From NCBI GenBank assembly GCA_964016885.1, contig OZ024747.1, forward strand, positions 22,692,001 to 22,756,000: a DNA stretch of 64,000 nucleotides. The letters are read 5' to 3'. The stretch is from Eledone cirrhosa (taxonomy: Eukaryota). This document shows positions 1-14,729 of this stretch, piece by piece (positions within the stretch are counted from its first letter, which is position 1; every line of letters starts with the position of its first letter). The notes under the pieces were generated by a model that saw nothing but the letters and a program-made list of their open reading frames with translations, was not told the origin of the DNA and did not search any database. Made by a program: the position numbers and the translations under genes.

Positions 1-282
1 GCATTAAAAAACATTGTATAACAAGCTTTGTTTGGAACTCCTTCATGAGCTCACCTATAAATGTCACTCCCAAGCAATTCAGCTGTTCTAACATATTACC
101 CCTGCCTTTATATTTTACCCATAGCCACTGTGATACTCTAAGCAACTATCTACTTCACACCATAGATTTCTTAAATATTTCTTTCATACACTGACTACAA
201 TATTTATAACCAATTCATCTGAGAATAAGTTCATACTGTCGGTTTAGATTCATTTTAAAAAGCTATGACAATTATGCTTTAT

Positions 283-485
283 TTAACCCTTTAGGATTTA
301 AAATGACCAGAATTCTCTCGCTTCCTTCTGTTCAGACCAGCTTTAACTGGCTGCTCATACTGATGTTAAGGTATTGTTCTCAAAATAAAATCAAAATCTC
401 ACAGATTCAATATTATATGGGATAAAGCCTTTACTGTGAAAATACAATAGTAAATATAAGAGTAATGTAAATGCTAAAGGGTTAA
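283..485 (+). mobile_element. piggyBac-like MITE, family A (about 200 bp)
   Basis: TTAA-CCCTTTAGGATTTA ... TAAATGCTAAAGGG-TTAA: TTAA target duplication plus CCC-initiated TIRs. Five more copies occur in the window. Confidence 0.8.
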
Positions 486-1604
486 ACAGTGGAATTTGAT
501 ACCATATATTTAGCAGAATTGAATAAAATATTTATTTCCATACCCTAATGGGCCATACAATAACTGACCTTAGAAACTGTTTTATAAGATTAAAAAGTTT
601 CTCATTGACCAAAACACTAGTGCATACCATATAAAAAATTTTCAAAAACCAAATCAAGTACATATTCTTGTGTTGCCATGACAAAAGCACCCAGTCCACC
701 CAGCAAGGTGGTAGTGCTAGTGCTACAGAAAATGCTCCCAGTCGATATTAGAATGCATTAACTAGTCATGATAATATTCTTAACAATTGGGTATACACAA
801 ACACAAAATAGTTCATAGAAGACGGAGACTTGCCATAAGCTATTTGCAGATGTAAATAGCTTATGGTGCCACTAGATCCCAGAGCAGATGCATAGTAGGA
901 CTTTTAGGGGAAACAATTTGAACGGTTATAGCACCATGATTTCACTTTCACAACCAACCCTATTTAGTGGTACCAATGCTGCAATAAGGATACATTGTTG
1001 GAGAGTTTGCTCAGCAAAGGTGACCATCTTGTATATACCATAGAGAGCAACACTGTTTAATCTTCTGGACGTTCAAGCTTCATTATGTCGCCAATAGAGT
1101 AATCTCCCCTTAATGCATAGCTCAGTGTCAAGGGAAGCAATTCCTAAAAAAATTCAGCATGCTAAAGGTTAAGGCAATGAAAGTTCACCCCACTGCCCAG
1201 CTGCAGTAATACTGAACCTAGAGACAAACACTCACAAATAGACACGTGTACATACACATAAATACACACATACTGTAATGTGTTATTAGATCTCCATCAG
1301 TTCAGATGAGTATTCCAGTTATATGATTAACAGAACAGCCTGCTAATGAAATTAGCATGTAAGTGGCTGAGCATTCCACAAACATGTATTCTTAATGTAA
1401 TTCTCAGGGAAATTCAGTGTGACAAGGTTAGCACATTAAATTACTGGTACACATTTTTTTTTTTGCCAGCTGAGTTGACTGGAGAAACAGGAAATAAGGT
1501 TACCTTGCTCAAGGGCACAACCCATTGCTGGGAATCAAACTCATGTATTTACGACAATGCACTGAACACCCTAACCACTATGTCACGCTGCATCTTCACA
1601 CATA

Positions 1605-1652
<48 letters not shown>

Positions 1653-1885
1653 CATACATACACACACACACACAAATCTCTTTGATCTTGATCTCTTCTG
1701 ATCCTCATTACTGAGGGTTGGACACCATGGACAACTGCACTAAGGCTCATCTACATGATGCTTTATACACACACATGCATTATATATATATATATATATA
1801 TAATAATAATAAATTTGAAGACTAAAATCCAAAGAGGGCTCGATAAGGATAAATATATATCAAATATATAAGAACCGTAGAGCAA

Positions 1886-2030
1886 ATATTTATTAAAATA
1901 ACAGATTAAAGTTTAAGCAAAGAATCGCTGCTTTCACCCTTAACGGGATCTTCTGAAACTCAGAAGATCCCGTTAAGGGTGAAAGCAGCAATTCTTTGCT
2001 TAAACTTTAATCTGTTATTTTAATAAATAT
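1886..2030. repeat. Near-perfect long palindrome (71-bp arms, 3-nt loop)
   Basis: 1886-1956 is the reverse complement of 1960-2030 with one mismatch; it is embedded between TA microsatellites. Confidence 0.9.
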
Positions 2031-4124
2031 ATATATACAGTATATACACATACATTTACATAGACACACATATGTATATATCATTGAACCACACATTTAC
2101 AAGGCTTAATAAATGCTAAACAACGATACTTATCAAAACTGAAGTGAACAGAGGAATCACATTCACCTCAATACTAAGGTAGATATTAATATAGAGATTA
2201 CAAGAAAAATACATTCATTACACAATATAAGCAATGACAGTTGGCAGACTGCCAATTGGTCAATATGAATCACTGATTAGAACAGAGTGGCCTCTATAAC
2301 ATAACATGATAATGCAAAGATTACAAAAATGTTTATCATAACATAAATTTTTAGTTAAAATAGAATGAGCCGAGAGGAATTAGACGTAGTGTGCAGGAGA
2401 GAAGACTGCACAAGTATGAACATGTGATGTGTATAGATGATGATCGTTAGATGAAGACATGCCAAGAAATCCCAGAAGAAAGCTGCAGTAGAAAGAGAAA
2501 CCAACGAAGACCTGGGCGGAGGTTGTAAGAGCTGATCTTAACTTGCTGAAGTTCACAAAGGATATGAAGGACTACAGCAAGTAAAGGGATGCTGTGCTAG
2601 AAAGGATCTGTCCAACCCATGCAAGCATGGAAAAGTGGATATAATAAGATGATGATGATGATGATGATGACGACAAAGCATCAAATGTTGTTATGGAATT
2701 TCCTCCACCAGATACTGCAACCAATTCTATTTTTATCATGGACCCTTATCTCTTGAAGGCGTCATTCATCATCATTTTACATCCATTTTTCCACACTAGC
2801 ATGGGTTCATTTACAGTGAGTACTGGGTGCTTTTTATCGTGCCTTGGGCATTTTAAACTTGGAGCCCATCCCTTCTCCAGAAGGAAAGTGAGAGGGGGTG
2901 ATAAAAAGATATAGAAGAAGAATTGACCCCAGCACTAGGTTGGTACTTTTTATCAATCTCGAAAGGATGAAATCCAAAGTTGGCTCTAATTGGGTTTTGA
3001 AGTCAGAGAGCAGAGAGCCCAAACAAATACTGTGAAGCATTTTAATTGACATTCCAACAACTTTGCTAATTAACTGTCTTATGCAAATATTAGCCTTAAT
3101 AGTACAGGCTTGTACTAGTCAATTTGAAGAGGAAATACTTAATTTTTTTTTTTTTAAATGAGTTTTTTTCCTCCAAGTTCTTTTCATGTAGAAAATCAGA
3201 ACAGTAGATACAATAAACGTCAATAAAACCCATAGAAATTATTATTGATTCATGCGATATATAAACCACCATGGACTGAAATTTGAAGAAATAAGAAAGA
3301 AACACATTAAATATTACTATAACTCCTCTTCAAGCAGTTTGACAGGATACAGAAACCAAAAATACAGAAGAGGACTGCTAAATCTAAAGCTTAAAAACAA
3401 TCTGTTTGATGCTAGAAAGTAACAGTAGTTTTTAGTTTAGTTAATGGTCCACAGGATTTGGCTTATTGACAAATTATTCAATAAACTATAATGTTTAAAC
3501 TCACAACTATCTAATAATATATTAAACACAACTATTGAAGGTAGTACAATAAACCTTGCAAAAAAAAGCAATATAATATTCAGCTATATAACTATATACA
3601 CTGTAAAGTGGCTGGCAATTGGACTGAGACAAAGGATACAGAGGACTTTTCAGTCTTACCAAGAACATGACAACCTCTCTAGTGCTGGTGCCACAATAAA
3701 ATGCTTCCAGTATGTTCTATAAAGTGTTAGTGCTGGTACCATGACAAATGTACCCAGTATGCTCTGTAAGGGAGTAGTGCTGGCACCATGATAAAATACA
3801 AATCATGCTTTGTAAAATAGTTGGCATTAGGAAGGGCATCTAGTCATTAAAAACTATGCCAGATATTAGAAGATAAGAGCAAGATGTGATCTCAGACAGA
3901 GACAATCTGTCCAACCCATGCCAGAATGGAAAGTGGACATTGAATGATGATGATATGTTTATTCAGAACTTGACTATAAACTAAAAAAAAAAAAAAGTAA
4001 AAATTATGTCTCCACTATGATTTGAGTGTTGTGTGTGCCTAGTTTAAAATACACTGGAAACAGCTATGGGTTAGCATTATCCTTACTAAAAAGCAAATAT
4101 TTCACTAAAATATTTTCATCAGTT

Positions 4125-4359
4125 TTAACCATTTTGATACCAAAACGCCTGGAACAACCTCTGGTGCTACAAATCTGTTTGCTTTAAAGTGTTTATATTT
4201 ATCTAAAAATCTTCCATCATAATTTTATGTAAGAACTTTTATGTTCCAAACACCAACTTTAATTATATTCCTAAGTGCCCCTGAATTCTTGATTATTTTC
4301 AAAATTATTTGAAAACCAGGAACAGTCTTTCATTAGGAATATGGTAACAAAAGAGTTAA
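4125..4359. mobile_element. TTAA-flanked MITE, family B (older, about 230 bp)
   Basis: TTAACCATTTTGATACC ... GGTAACAAAAGAGTTAA. Related degenerate copies at about 8271-8510, 24982-25185, 30922-31098, 31101-31280, 32400-32640, 32710-32890 and 63134-63200. Confidence 0.6.
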
Positions 4360-7300
4360 TTTAATCTACCTTTTCAACACCTAGCATGTGCTATCAGATC
4401 AGCTCTACCATGGGTGAGAGCATAGACTAGTGGCTAAGGTTTTGGGTTCACAATAGTAATGTCATGGCTTTGATCTTGGATCAGACACCATGTTATGTTC
4501 TTAAGCAAAATATTTCATTAGGCATTGCTCCAGTCCCACTCAGTTGAAAAGGAATACCAGCAGCATCAGCAGGGGCTTAACACTGCAATAAACTGGGAGA
4601 AGTCTTGTAGTTCAGTCAAATTACTTGTCTTGAGCCAGTGAAAAAATACCCATCAGTCTATTCCATAATGTGGTTGGCAATAGGAAAGGCATCCAGCCAT
4701 AAAATCATGTCTTATACAACAACATATATTGGCAGTTCAACTTGTTGCCAAATGACAAGGGACTGCTACAGACCTGTCCAACCCTTGCCAGCATGGAAAA
4801 TAGAACAGCAATGACAATAATAATAATATATCAGATGATGCCACTGATACTCAGGTGCTTTCTTGGATTACTTGTGCTCAATCTCATAAGTTGACACTAC
4901 ATATACAATAGACACTATTCGTTAAGACAAATATGGAAGTGCCCAGTCAATATAGAATGAAGAATCTAGGTGAGCACAAGTGCTTCAAAAGGCTGTCATG
5001 CATCACACACACTACAGAGCACAAGACAAACAGCTTTGACAAGTAAGTCACCAAATGTGTTGGCAGGTAGGAACCACACCTTGCAACAGTTTAGAGATGA
5101 AAGCTCACCTGCTACAGAGATGTATCACACTATGACTACCTGCCCCAAACCATTTTCTAGTGTACATTTGGAGGGTGAAGAAGAGGTACACAATGAAAAT
5201 CCTGGTCCGACATCAAGGACTGGACCGCTCTCAACACTGTTGCCCTTCTGTGTATAATAGAGTACAGAGATCAGTGGTGATTGTTGACTACCAGAAGGTA
5301 TAGAGTGACACTCCAGTGGCTGGCAGCACCAACTACAGGAAGACGATAAGATTTCATATAGAAAATACCATTCAATAATGATATTTACACTATCATTATC
5401 CTTTTACGACTGCTTTTCCACACTTGCATGGGCTGGATGTGTTTTTTCCAGCACACCATCCCTTATTCGTTTGTCATCTCTGTGAGCTTCAGCTATTTGG
5501 GATCAGTTCCCACCACCACTGCCCAGGTCTTCCTCTACTGCAGTTACTTTTAACTGAGGACTTCTGGCACTTCTTCACCCAACTATCATCCTCCATATAC
5601 ATCACATGTCCATACCAACAAAGTCTTTTTTCTTATACCCAGTTTTCTCATCCATGCTCCAGCATCCACACACATTAACATTGCACTATCATCATGAAAT
5701 ATATCATCCATATTTGGAATGATTGGACTGGAAATTGGCAGTGACCAGGAGAAGGAACTACTGACTAGAAGGTTACATAGATTTTTTTTATCCATTTTGG
5801 AGAATAGGAATGGAAACACAGGCAAAATTATGGTAGTTGTGAAGGAATAAGTGCTAAAGTTGCAGAATAGCTAGGTGGAAGGTGAGGAAACCCTCATAGT
5901 GAAACAGAAAGTGTGTTTGTGTGGCAGTACAGCTGATAGAAATGCCTAATGGAGAGTAGTATCATGGACATGAGGATAACCGCATGAGAAGAAAAAAATG
6001 GCTCATTTGCTCTGGCCTTGCAATAAAATGAGGGTCATTGCGGTAGAGGTTGTAGAAATGGAGAAATTGTGATGGGGGAGAGGAAGCAGATTCGGAGTGA
6101 GTTGGATGCATGGAATAAAGGTCAAAGTAGTATGAGTAGCCAAGTGAGACAAAAATGCCTAGGAAGTTGATGTCAGTATCAGAGATGATAGGTGTGAATG
6201 CCAAATATATATATTGTGCGTATGAATGTATATAGACATCTGGATGAATATATACATGCTGCTTAATTGTATATGTTGTGCATAGTTATAGCATTCTTAG
6301 AGTTAGTGTTCTGAAAAAAAATATTAAATTTAAAACTCACTCCTATGCAGGTTTAGATGGCCTTCTATGAGGTTACATCTCACAGAAGATTTCTTAGCTG
6401 TTTTAATGATAAGGCCTTCTCTTTTACTTTTATCATGTTACAGCTCACATCTATGCAAGGTCTTCTATGAGATTGCATCTTATAAGAGGTTTCTTGGGTG
6501 TTTTTATATTGCGAGGTCCCCAGTCCTATCATGACAAAAATGAAATGGTCCAGGAATCAAACCCACAACCTTATGATCCTGAGTCCAATGCCCTAATCAC
6601 TAGGTCATGCATATTCACAAGTGTACTTGTTTACTGTTCTATTTTAGTTTAACCCTCTACTAATTCTTCAGCTTTGGCAACTAGCTCATCTCTTTTCTTT
6701 TCCCTTCCATATTGTTTGTGTGAAGGGTTCTGTACTACAGAATATATCCAAACTTCCCACCAACACAGCTTGTGTAAGCATCTTGACACCATATATAATA
6801 TATATATATATATATAACTTCAAAAACAAAAACGACAGTTAGTGACGGAGTAACCTTTTAAAACCATCTATCAAGTTACAGCCTCTAAACTCGGTATTAC
6901 TAAAGATTTTAGGTAAACTGGATAGGCCAATTTGCATATATAATGTATTCTTTGGCAACTGGTTTGATTAATAAATTACTGATGTGTTAATGCTTGCTTA
7001 ACTGTACTATAGAAGGTATTTATAGATGTTTAATCAACACAATATGCAGAGACAGATGTAAACTGATGTGTTATTGTGTATATGTTCTTTTGTCCATCAC
7101 ATCCTTTTGCCCTGCTTACTCACTTATCTCTGAACTCACCTGACCTGACTGACACCACTTTCGTTCCCATTCATGGCTCTTTACTACCCATCCTGCACTC
7201 ACACATTACTTCCTCCAACATCACCCAACTCCTACACTGCTCACACAGACCATATCTACACCATTCCTTCCATTTTTCACTGGCAAGTTTGTCTCAATTC

Positions 7301-10300
7301 TGGAGTTGCAGTTTCATGCATCCAGCACACAGTGAAGTGGTTGGTGATATGAAGAACATCCAGCTGGAGTAACCTGTCTACCCTAGAAGATGAGTGAGGT
7401 GGGTGTCCCCAGCCCATCTGGGAGGACAGTAACTTTGATTAAGTACTGACACATCTAACCCATACTAACATGGAAAATTGGATGTTAAATAATTGTTTTT
7501 ACTTTAGGCACAAGGCCAACAATTTGAAGGGGAGGAGAAAGTCGATTAAATCGACTCCAGTGCATTACTGGTACTTTATTTATCGACCCCGTAAGGATGA
7601 AAGGCAAAGCTAACCTTGGCAGGATATGATGATTCTTTCTCTCAGTAGAAGCACTAGTGTTTGAAACATTAGATTTTTTACTCCTATTTTCTTCCATCAA
7701 TTTTTGAAACATTTCAAAGAAACTAGATACATCAACACAAAATATGTTTAGTTACACAAGTAGAAATAGCTGGTTATTGAAAGAATAGAAAGCTATTTGA
7801 AGATTTACACCGACCAAACACAGCATGGGGTAGACATGTAGCCACCCGATTTACAAGAAATAGCAACCAAATCACACCCTACTAACTTGAAAATGGAATG
7901 ACACATTGGACAATAAAAAAACGGAATGATCATTTCTGCAATGTCTGCTTGATCAGGGCTCACTAGGAGCTAAACATCAATATATATATATTTAAATATC
8001 ATTGCATACATAGCATATGATATTGAAACTGAACTGTTTTATAAGTACCATCATGGGCCTGATCAAAGACAAAATATGTAAAGAAGGACAGTATTTATTT
8101 AAAGCAGATTTATACGAGTGACTAATTACAGAAAGCACTATTAGCACAAAATGTATAAAACATTAGCTGGTCCTTCATTAGCGGATATAATTAAAGTTTT
8201 AACCATTATGGGGGAAAGGAATAATCCCGAACTTGTCGACAATGACAAGGAACGATCAATGGAAGACAGTTTAACCCTTTTGATACAAAACCACCATCCA
8301 TGCTTTCTATATTTAAAAACTCTATTTTATTGTGTTTATATTTATTTAAACAATCTTCAATCATAATTTTGAGTAAGAACCTTTCTTAAGTTATGTTCCA
8401 AACATTAGCATGATAGTGAGAAAGTTAGCTATATAACTAAATCCCTCTAAATTCTAGATAATTTCCAAAATTATAATCAATGTCTTTCATTAAAAATATG
8501 AAAGGGTTAAACTATTATTAGGATCACGTGTGAAGGTTACAAGATGAACAAGTTTATAGTGTAAAGGCACAAGGCTATACATCGAGGGAGAGGTATAATC
8601 GATTAGATCACCCCCATGTATTTGGTACTAATTTTATCGACCCCGGAAAGATGACAAGCGTACACGTTTAAGGAGAGGAGTATAACCTTGTTTCGAGATA
8701 TGCTAATCTTTAACCTTATGTCCAGCATTCAATTTTAACTTGATAGTTGCAAGGGTCTCGGTAGATGAGGCCTTGTGTTTAGATGTAGACTAAAGGTTGT
8801 TTCACAGTTAAACAAATAGCGAAGTTTTGGTTACATGCCCTCCGTAGTCAGTGTTTGATGATGGAAGCTACTAAGTACGTTGTTAATACTGAGATTCAAA
8901 GAATTAATGCTTTTACATAGTAGTGTTTACTGTGGACCTTAAAATAGCAGTTCTGGTGTTACATGCCATGTTAGGGTTCCAATACATCCTCTGATCCACC
9001 ACTACCAGTCAATTTCTAATACTATAAGACCACATATTTTCTGTTGAAGTACATACGATCTAATCAGTCTAGGATCTTGGTCGACTGGTAGTTTTTTCAG
9101 AGCGGGAAAGATCGTGTGCGTGTGTGTCCTTTTTTAAATTTTACTTTCGTGACAAAATTGATTATTTAACTTGTCCTCCAACCGATGCACGAATTTAAAC
9201 GCCGCAGAAAAATTAACAGTTTTAATTTGGATTTTTCTGATATTGGCAGAAGATTCTGAAATTAATATCAGATTTAAAACAAAGGATTGAATGTATTATA
9301 GAAGGCCGTGCGAGTAAATGATCAGTAAACACAATGCGAAGAATATACCGATATGTTATTTGTCTTAGAATCAGAACGAATTATCTATTTAATAGTTACC
9401 AACATCGAACAACATTCTAACTGAAGGTGTTGTAAAGATTGAGGATTTTATTTCATTCAAAAAAAAAAAAAAAAAAAAATGTAATCATGATAAAAGCAAT
9501 GATACCATGTCGTTTGAGAAGAGGGACTAAGGTGAGACTCTTAAGAGTGAACTCAACAACAAAATTACTATTTATCAATACAAAAAAAAAAAAAAGAAAA
9601 GCGAAATTGTGATTTGAAGGTTCCCAGCTCTTGTTCCTTTCAACAAATAAAGCACATCACATACATATTCATTTCAAAATCAAGGTATAACATAATGATT
9701 ATATATGACTCATTCAAAAGACATTTGCCAGATTTTTTTTTTTATTGAAAGAAAAATTATAGGCATTATACGAGAATTGCAAACGAATTTTCAATCTCAA
9801 AAGTCTAAACCGCCTTTAGTATAAAACAAGGACTTGAAAACTGTTAGAAAAGGTCAATCATGTCATTTTCAAATGTAAGAACTTGAGCAGTGAGTCTACT
9901 AGATATACCATATTATAGAATATTAATTACCAAACGCCATTTAGCATTTGACTTTTGGAAGTTGGGATGGGTTACAAATTCAGAACCGAACCAACATATA
10001 AGAAGAACACGTTACGTCGGAATGACTAATATTAAATATTAGGTGCGGAGGAGAGGAAGGTAGAAATTTGCAGTTAGTTCTAGCACACAATAAAGTGGGG
10101 TGGAAGTCGGGTGGGCAACATTTAGAAAGGAAAAACAGATTAAAAAGGCAGATATTTTAATCAACTAACAGATAACATTAAAGCTTAGAGTGTCGAACAC
10201 ATTTCGTTTTCGTACGTTACATACTTGGCTGGGTTGCTATTTCAGTTCTATTATTAAATACCCAATGACAATTCATTGGTGAATTTGAAATGAAAAAAAA

Positions 10301-10715
10301 AAAAAAAAATGTAAAGCAGTAACAGTAACTAGTGTACAACTGTCAAGGATTAGTAATATACGTAACGATGAATGCTTCTTATCATTTCAGGGATTAATGA
10401 TAGTGTTTTCATCCCATTCAACTAATCATCTACAAGAGAATGTTTTCTTTTTAAAACAAAACGGTAAAATATTTATAAGCAACAAATAGTTTTTTTCCCC
10501 CCTACTTTTCAAGAATTAGTTAACCAATAAACGGTTCGAACAAACCAAACTGTAAATAGTACAATTCTGAAAAGATAATTACGTAATAAACGTTTGAATA
10601 TTTGGAAAAGGTATACTGTACATCTTACAGTCTATTAATCTGTAACTATATTGTACGTAACTAGAAACTTATTTATTCTAAGAGTGAACCGCTCTCTTTG
10701 ATGGTGAGAAGGGGT

Positions 10716-10746
<31 letters not shown>

Positions 10747-10818
10747 ATATATAAATAATATATATATATATATATATATATCATCGTTTAACGTCCATTT
10801 TACACGCTAGCATAGGTA

Positions 10819-10882
<64 letters not shown>

Positions 10883-11496
10883 CTGTTGCTTTTAGTCAAA
10901 TGTTCATTATAGTATTATATATGAAACGTTTTATCGTGATTAACAATATTCAATCAATGAAGAGCTTATTTCTGATATGACTGTTGTCCATGTTGGATGG
11001 GGGTAGTGAAGGAAATACTGTGGCTATTCGAGATCGACGAATATGTGTGTGTGTGTGTGTGTGTGCCAATGGTTACAGGTGTTGTTGGTTTTAGGGAGGA
11101 CACTGTTGATACACACTTCCTGCTTCAAATCATCACTACATGCCATACATACACCAACTGGTATGGCAAGGGAAGGTGAAAACATGATTACATTCAACAC
11201 TTAGACTGATAACAGATTAAAAATTCTCTCTATATGAAATTGATCCCTAGCAACAGGATCAGGTAATGTCTAGCTTAGAAAGAAGCACATGTGTGATATC
11301 TAGCAAGTTCAGCTGATATGGAAACTTAATTAGCAGCTGTGTATTATATTATCACCTTTTTCTCCCCAAAAAGAGGAACGAACGGAAATCCAATTCTATT
11401 TACTGAGGAGCCAAAACAAGTCGACTGTTATTTTGGAAATTTCACAAAGCTAGAACATGATCAAGTTACTAACAGAAAATGGTGTTTATATATATC

Positions 11497-11533
<37 letters not shown>

Positions 11534-12088
11534 CATTAAATCCGTGAACACTGTCGAAACTATAAGACCAAATCACTTTTTAAGCCTCTTAATGCATATA
11601 AAAAATAAAATCTAACAAAGATGGTTAAAAATTATATATATGATTCTGTATCCAGATTTAAATATATTTTTTCTAGAATTGGAGAAAATAGAAAATATGC
11701 ATAAAGAATGCAACATGAGAGAGTGAGAGAGAAAAAAATGAATAGGAAAAGCTTATGAAAGTTGAGAAAGTTTAGTTTAGTGTTGTCGTGTTGGTATAAC
11801 AAGATTTTATAGAAGAGACCAGTTCAATGTTGGTAAGTGTATCCTAGCAACCTTTTTGCCAGCTATGGCACACTGACATAAAAAAAAGACTGAATTATTT
11901 GCTGGACACAGTGTAAATGGGAAGAGAAAGCATTAGCAAAGAAGATCAAACTAGAATGTTGGGAGCCTTTCCTGTTAGGAAAACATTCAACAAGATAAGA
12001 GTAAGAGCTGGATTAAACAAAAGAGATAAAGGGGTGAAGACTTAGTTAAAATGGATTCAATCAATTGAATGAAAGAAGAAATACTTAC

Positions 12089-12143
12089 CATCAGTACGTT
12101 GTATATCAACGTTGAGACCGACACTGATGCGGCTGAATTCCAT
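12089..12143 (-). CDS. KIF2A: Kinesin-13 family (KIF2A/Klp10A-like) microtubule depolymerase, first coding exon only; no further canonical exon recognised in 1-12088
   Basis: ATG at 12143 reads MEFSRISVGLNVDIQRTD-G, followed by a perfect donor G|GTAAGT (phase 1). This matches the kinesin-13 N-terminus (human KIF2A ...GKIQIGIYVEIKRSDGRIH, recalled). A CpG-containing promoter-like region lies upstream at about 12.6-12.8 kb. Confidence 0.8.
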
Positions 12144-12722
12144 GATAGAAAGATCTAATCGAGTAGAAAGTATAAGGAGATTCTTTCTCTCAATGTATAA
12201 CCCTTTTCGCTCGCAATTGCTGTCGTTTTGATACAATGATAAAAAAAAAAGATAGTGGCGGTGCAATAAAAAAAATATAATTAAATGGTTTGTTTCTGGA
12301 TGTATGCGTATGATTCTGTCTGTAAAATGTAGTAATATTTGTTCGCAAAAAAAGGTATTACATTTGTTCTACTGGAAGTCTTTAAACTACAGCAGGCGTT
12401 AGAATAACGACAAAGAGTCAAAGCGGCCTTCTTTCTCGTTCCTAAGAGAAGAGGGGGGGGGAGAAAGAAACAGCTAAGCTAAATAATAAATGTCAAGCTA
12501 AAGCTGCGAGAGGAATTTAAAAAAAAAAAAAGAAAGAAAAACGAACATATACAATGCAGCGCCAAGAAAATTGGCCCACCAAATCTTGACCCTCCGCGAC
12601 AGTTAAATACCGCTAATTCTGTCCCTGGTAGTTAGGTTCAGACAACAAAAATCAACAATGAAAATCCAAACCCTTCTTATACGAACGGCAGTAGCGGCCG
12701 TTAGGAAATTTCAAACTTGTCA

Positions 12723-12800
12723 TGCGCTTGCGCAACTTCCGGCCGTACGGACCTATACTGCTGCAGCTTAGTAACTACATCAAACATGATATCACGTGGT
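12723..12800. promoter_or_regulatory. Putative kinesin-13 promoter: NRF1-like, ETS and E-box motifs
   Basis: TGCGCTTGCGCA (12723-12734, one mismatch to NRF1 TGCGCATGCGCA) abuts ACTTCCGG (12735-12742, ETS/GABP core). TCACGTG lies at 12792-12798. Locally CpG-rich, about 600 bp upstream of the ATG. Confidence 0.55.
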
Positions 12801-13983
12801 TTCTGACGCACCTGCTGGGCAAATTTCTTACAATTTCATATTGCATTGCTTAAACTCCCCAATCAACTCTGATTTAGCAGACCTATCTATGATCAAAGAC
12901 TTTCCAACCGTGACTATCCTGCAATTTTGTATATCTATGACAGCATTATCCATTTTTTAAAGACAACTTGTAGTTTAGCTACTGCTTCTAAGAGTTCGAG
13001 AAACTTAAGAGAGACTCCTTCGTTTACACATTCATGTGGATTTTGTCTGTGATTAATTTAGCACCAAACTTTGTTTCTAATGTTTTTCGTGTTCTTTGCT
13101 TGATTGCGTATAATTTTAAGACTTTGGAGGAAGATATCGTTGTTATTTTGTAGCGGGACCAGCCACCGCACAGAGGCTCCCTCGTTGGCAGGCGGGTGTG
13201 CTAGTACTTAACCGCACATTGTCCTTTAACTTATAGCGAGAGAAACTGCTAGCTTCCTTGGAACCTGTACCACCTCCCTTCTCGCTGCTATCGAGGCAGA
13301 GTTGGAATGGTTATTTCAACGCAACTCCCTCGTTATCCTCTGCTGTGACGCTTTCTCTATTCTGTTAGATGGGACCACGTGGAGGTTTGAGGCTAGGGTC
13401 CTACACGCCCCAGTGTTCTCCCACACTGCCCGGGCTTGTATCATTAAGGTGCAATGGTTGGTACAGGTTGCTGATATCTGACATATGTAGATACATACTC
13501 AAACAGCTATAATTCGAACCAACGACTGCTTATTCCTTTCCAAGCAATAATAATTTACTGTTCACAAATCATCACATTCAGGTATATACAACAAATATAT
13601 TATACTCCGTTATTGGAAATATTTACACACACACAAGCACTATATATATAATGTCGAAGACTCCGATTTTGGAATCATTTTTGCCCCAAGCCTATAGCTG
13701 ACATTGGGATGGGAGTAAATGGGAAAAACTAGTGGGAAGTGTCAGCCAACAAAAAAGCCTCTTATGCTGTTGCTCGACCAGCTAGAAATAGCAGTCACAT
13801 CTTGAAATTTAGTGCTAACAATACTTTGTTTACGGTTGGAATATAAGTCGACTTGGCACAAAATTACAACTACTGTATACGTTATATAATCTAGATATAT
13901 ATATAATAACCAAAATAGCTGTTATGTCACTACAGCTCCCCTACGATTCCATCAGGAGTTACGGGTATATATATATATATATA

Positions 13984-14080
13984 CAGGGTATCCAAAAAAA
14001 TGTATACACATCAACAGCATCCTAATAAATATTACCTGTACAGGTAATCAAAATGTGTATACATTTTTTAGGACATCCTG
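13984..14080. mobile_element. Tiny Tc1/mariner-type MITE (97 bp)
   Basis: TA-CAGGGTATCCAAAAAAATGTATACACAT ... ATGTGTATACATTTTTTAGGACATCCTG; TIRs of about 28 bp; internal palindrome ATTACCTGTACAGGTAAT. Confidence 0.7.
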
Positions 14081-14729
14081 TGTATATATGTGCGTGTGTG
14101 CGCTTGCTTGCTTGCTTGCAAAACAATGACAACCGCCTGCAATATTCTGTAACATTACAAACACGTCAATTAGCGATACAGCGTAAAGCCTGTGAATGCA
14201 TTACAATCATCAGCGATATTCTATTTATTTTTATAAACGCAAGCTAAAGCGAAGACAAGACAAAGTTATATTGATTTCTTTCCTAAGGTATGAGAACATA
14301 GTAACGAACTTAACGTGACAATACTGACATCAATGCGCATGTTCAAACCATCACTTCCACTACTATTCGTCGCACATTTTAAGTACCCTTTTTAAATAAT
14401 ACTCCAGTATGACACCCAGTCACATCTATTGCTGAACCGAAGAAGCTGAAACTTCGAAGTCATCACAACTTTTCTCCTAAGAAAATAAATTTCTACTCTC
14501 CACCCATTCGGTTTAAACAAATTCGAATATATACATTTATTATATGTGTGTATGTATATATATATTTATAGAGAGAGAATTATATTTTATGCATATTAAA
14601 AATATTTATTATATAATATACACACACATTATATATATATATATGAAACAGTTATAGTCGTGTAGAAGTATTTATATAAAATAAAAATACCTATACTCTA
14701 CCAACGTATTGAGTACCATTTTTAACTGT

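Noticed and set aside
672-685. X-box-like GTTGCCATGACAAA
   Set aside because: It lies within a multi-copy SINE/RTE tail segment, far from any promoter.
1346-1714. 122-aa ORF and similar ORF-track entries (47594, 47656, 61262, 61282, 15710 and others)
   Set aside because: They are read-throughs of SINEs, antisense LINE fragments and (TA)n/(CA)n/(ATT)n microsatellites, with no splice-consistent or family-level support.
12081-12089. ATACTTACC resembling the U1 snRNA 5' end
   Set aside because: It is simply the reverse complement of the kinesin exon 1 donor site, and no U1 body follows.
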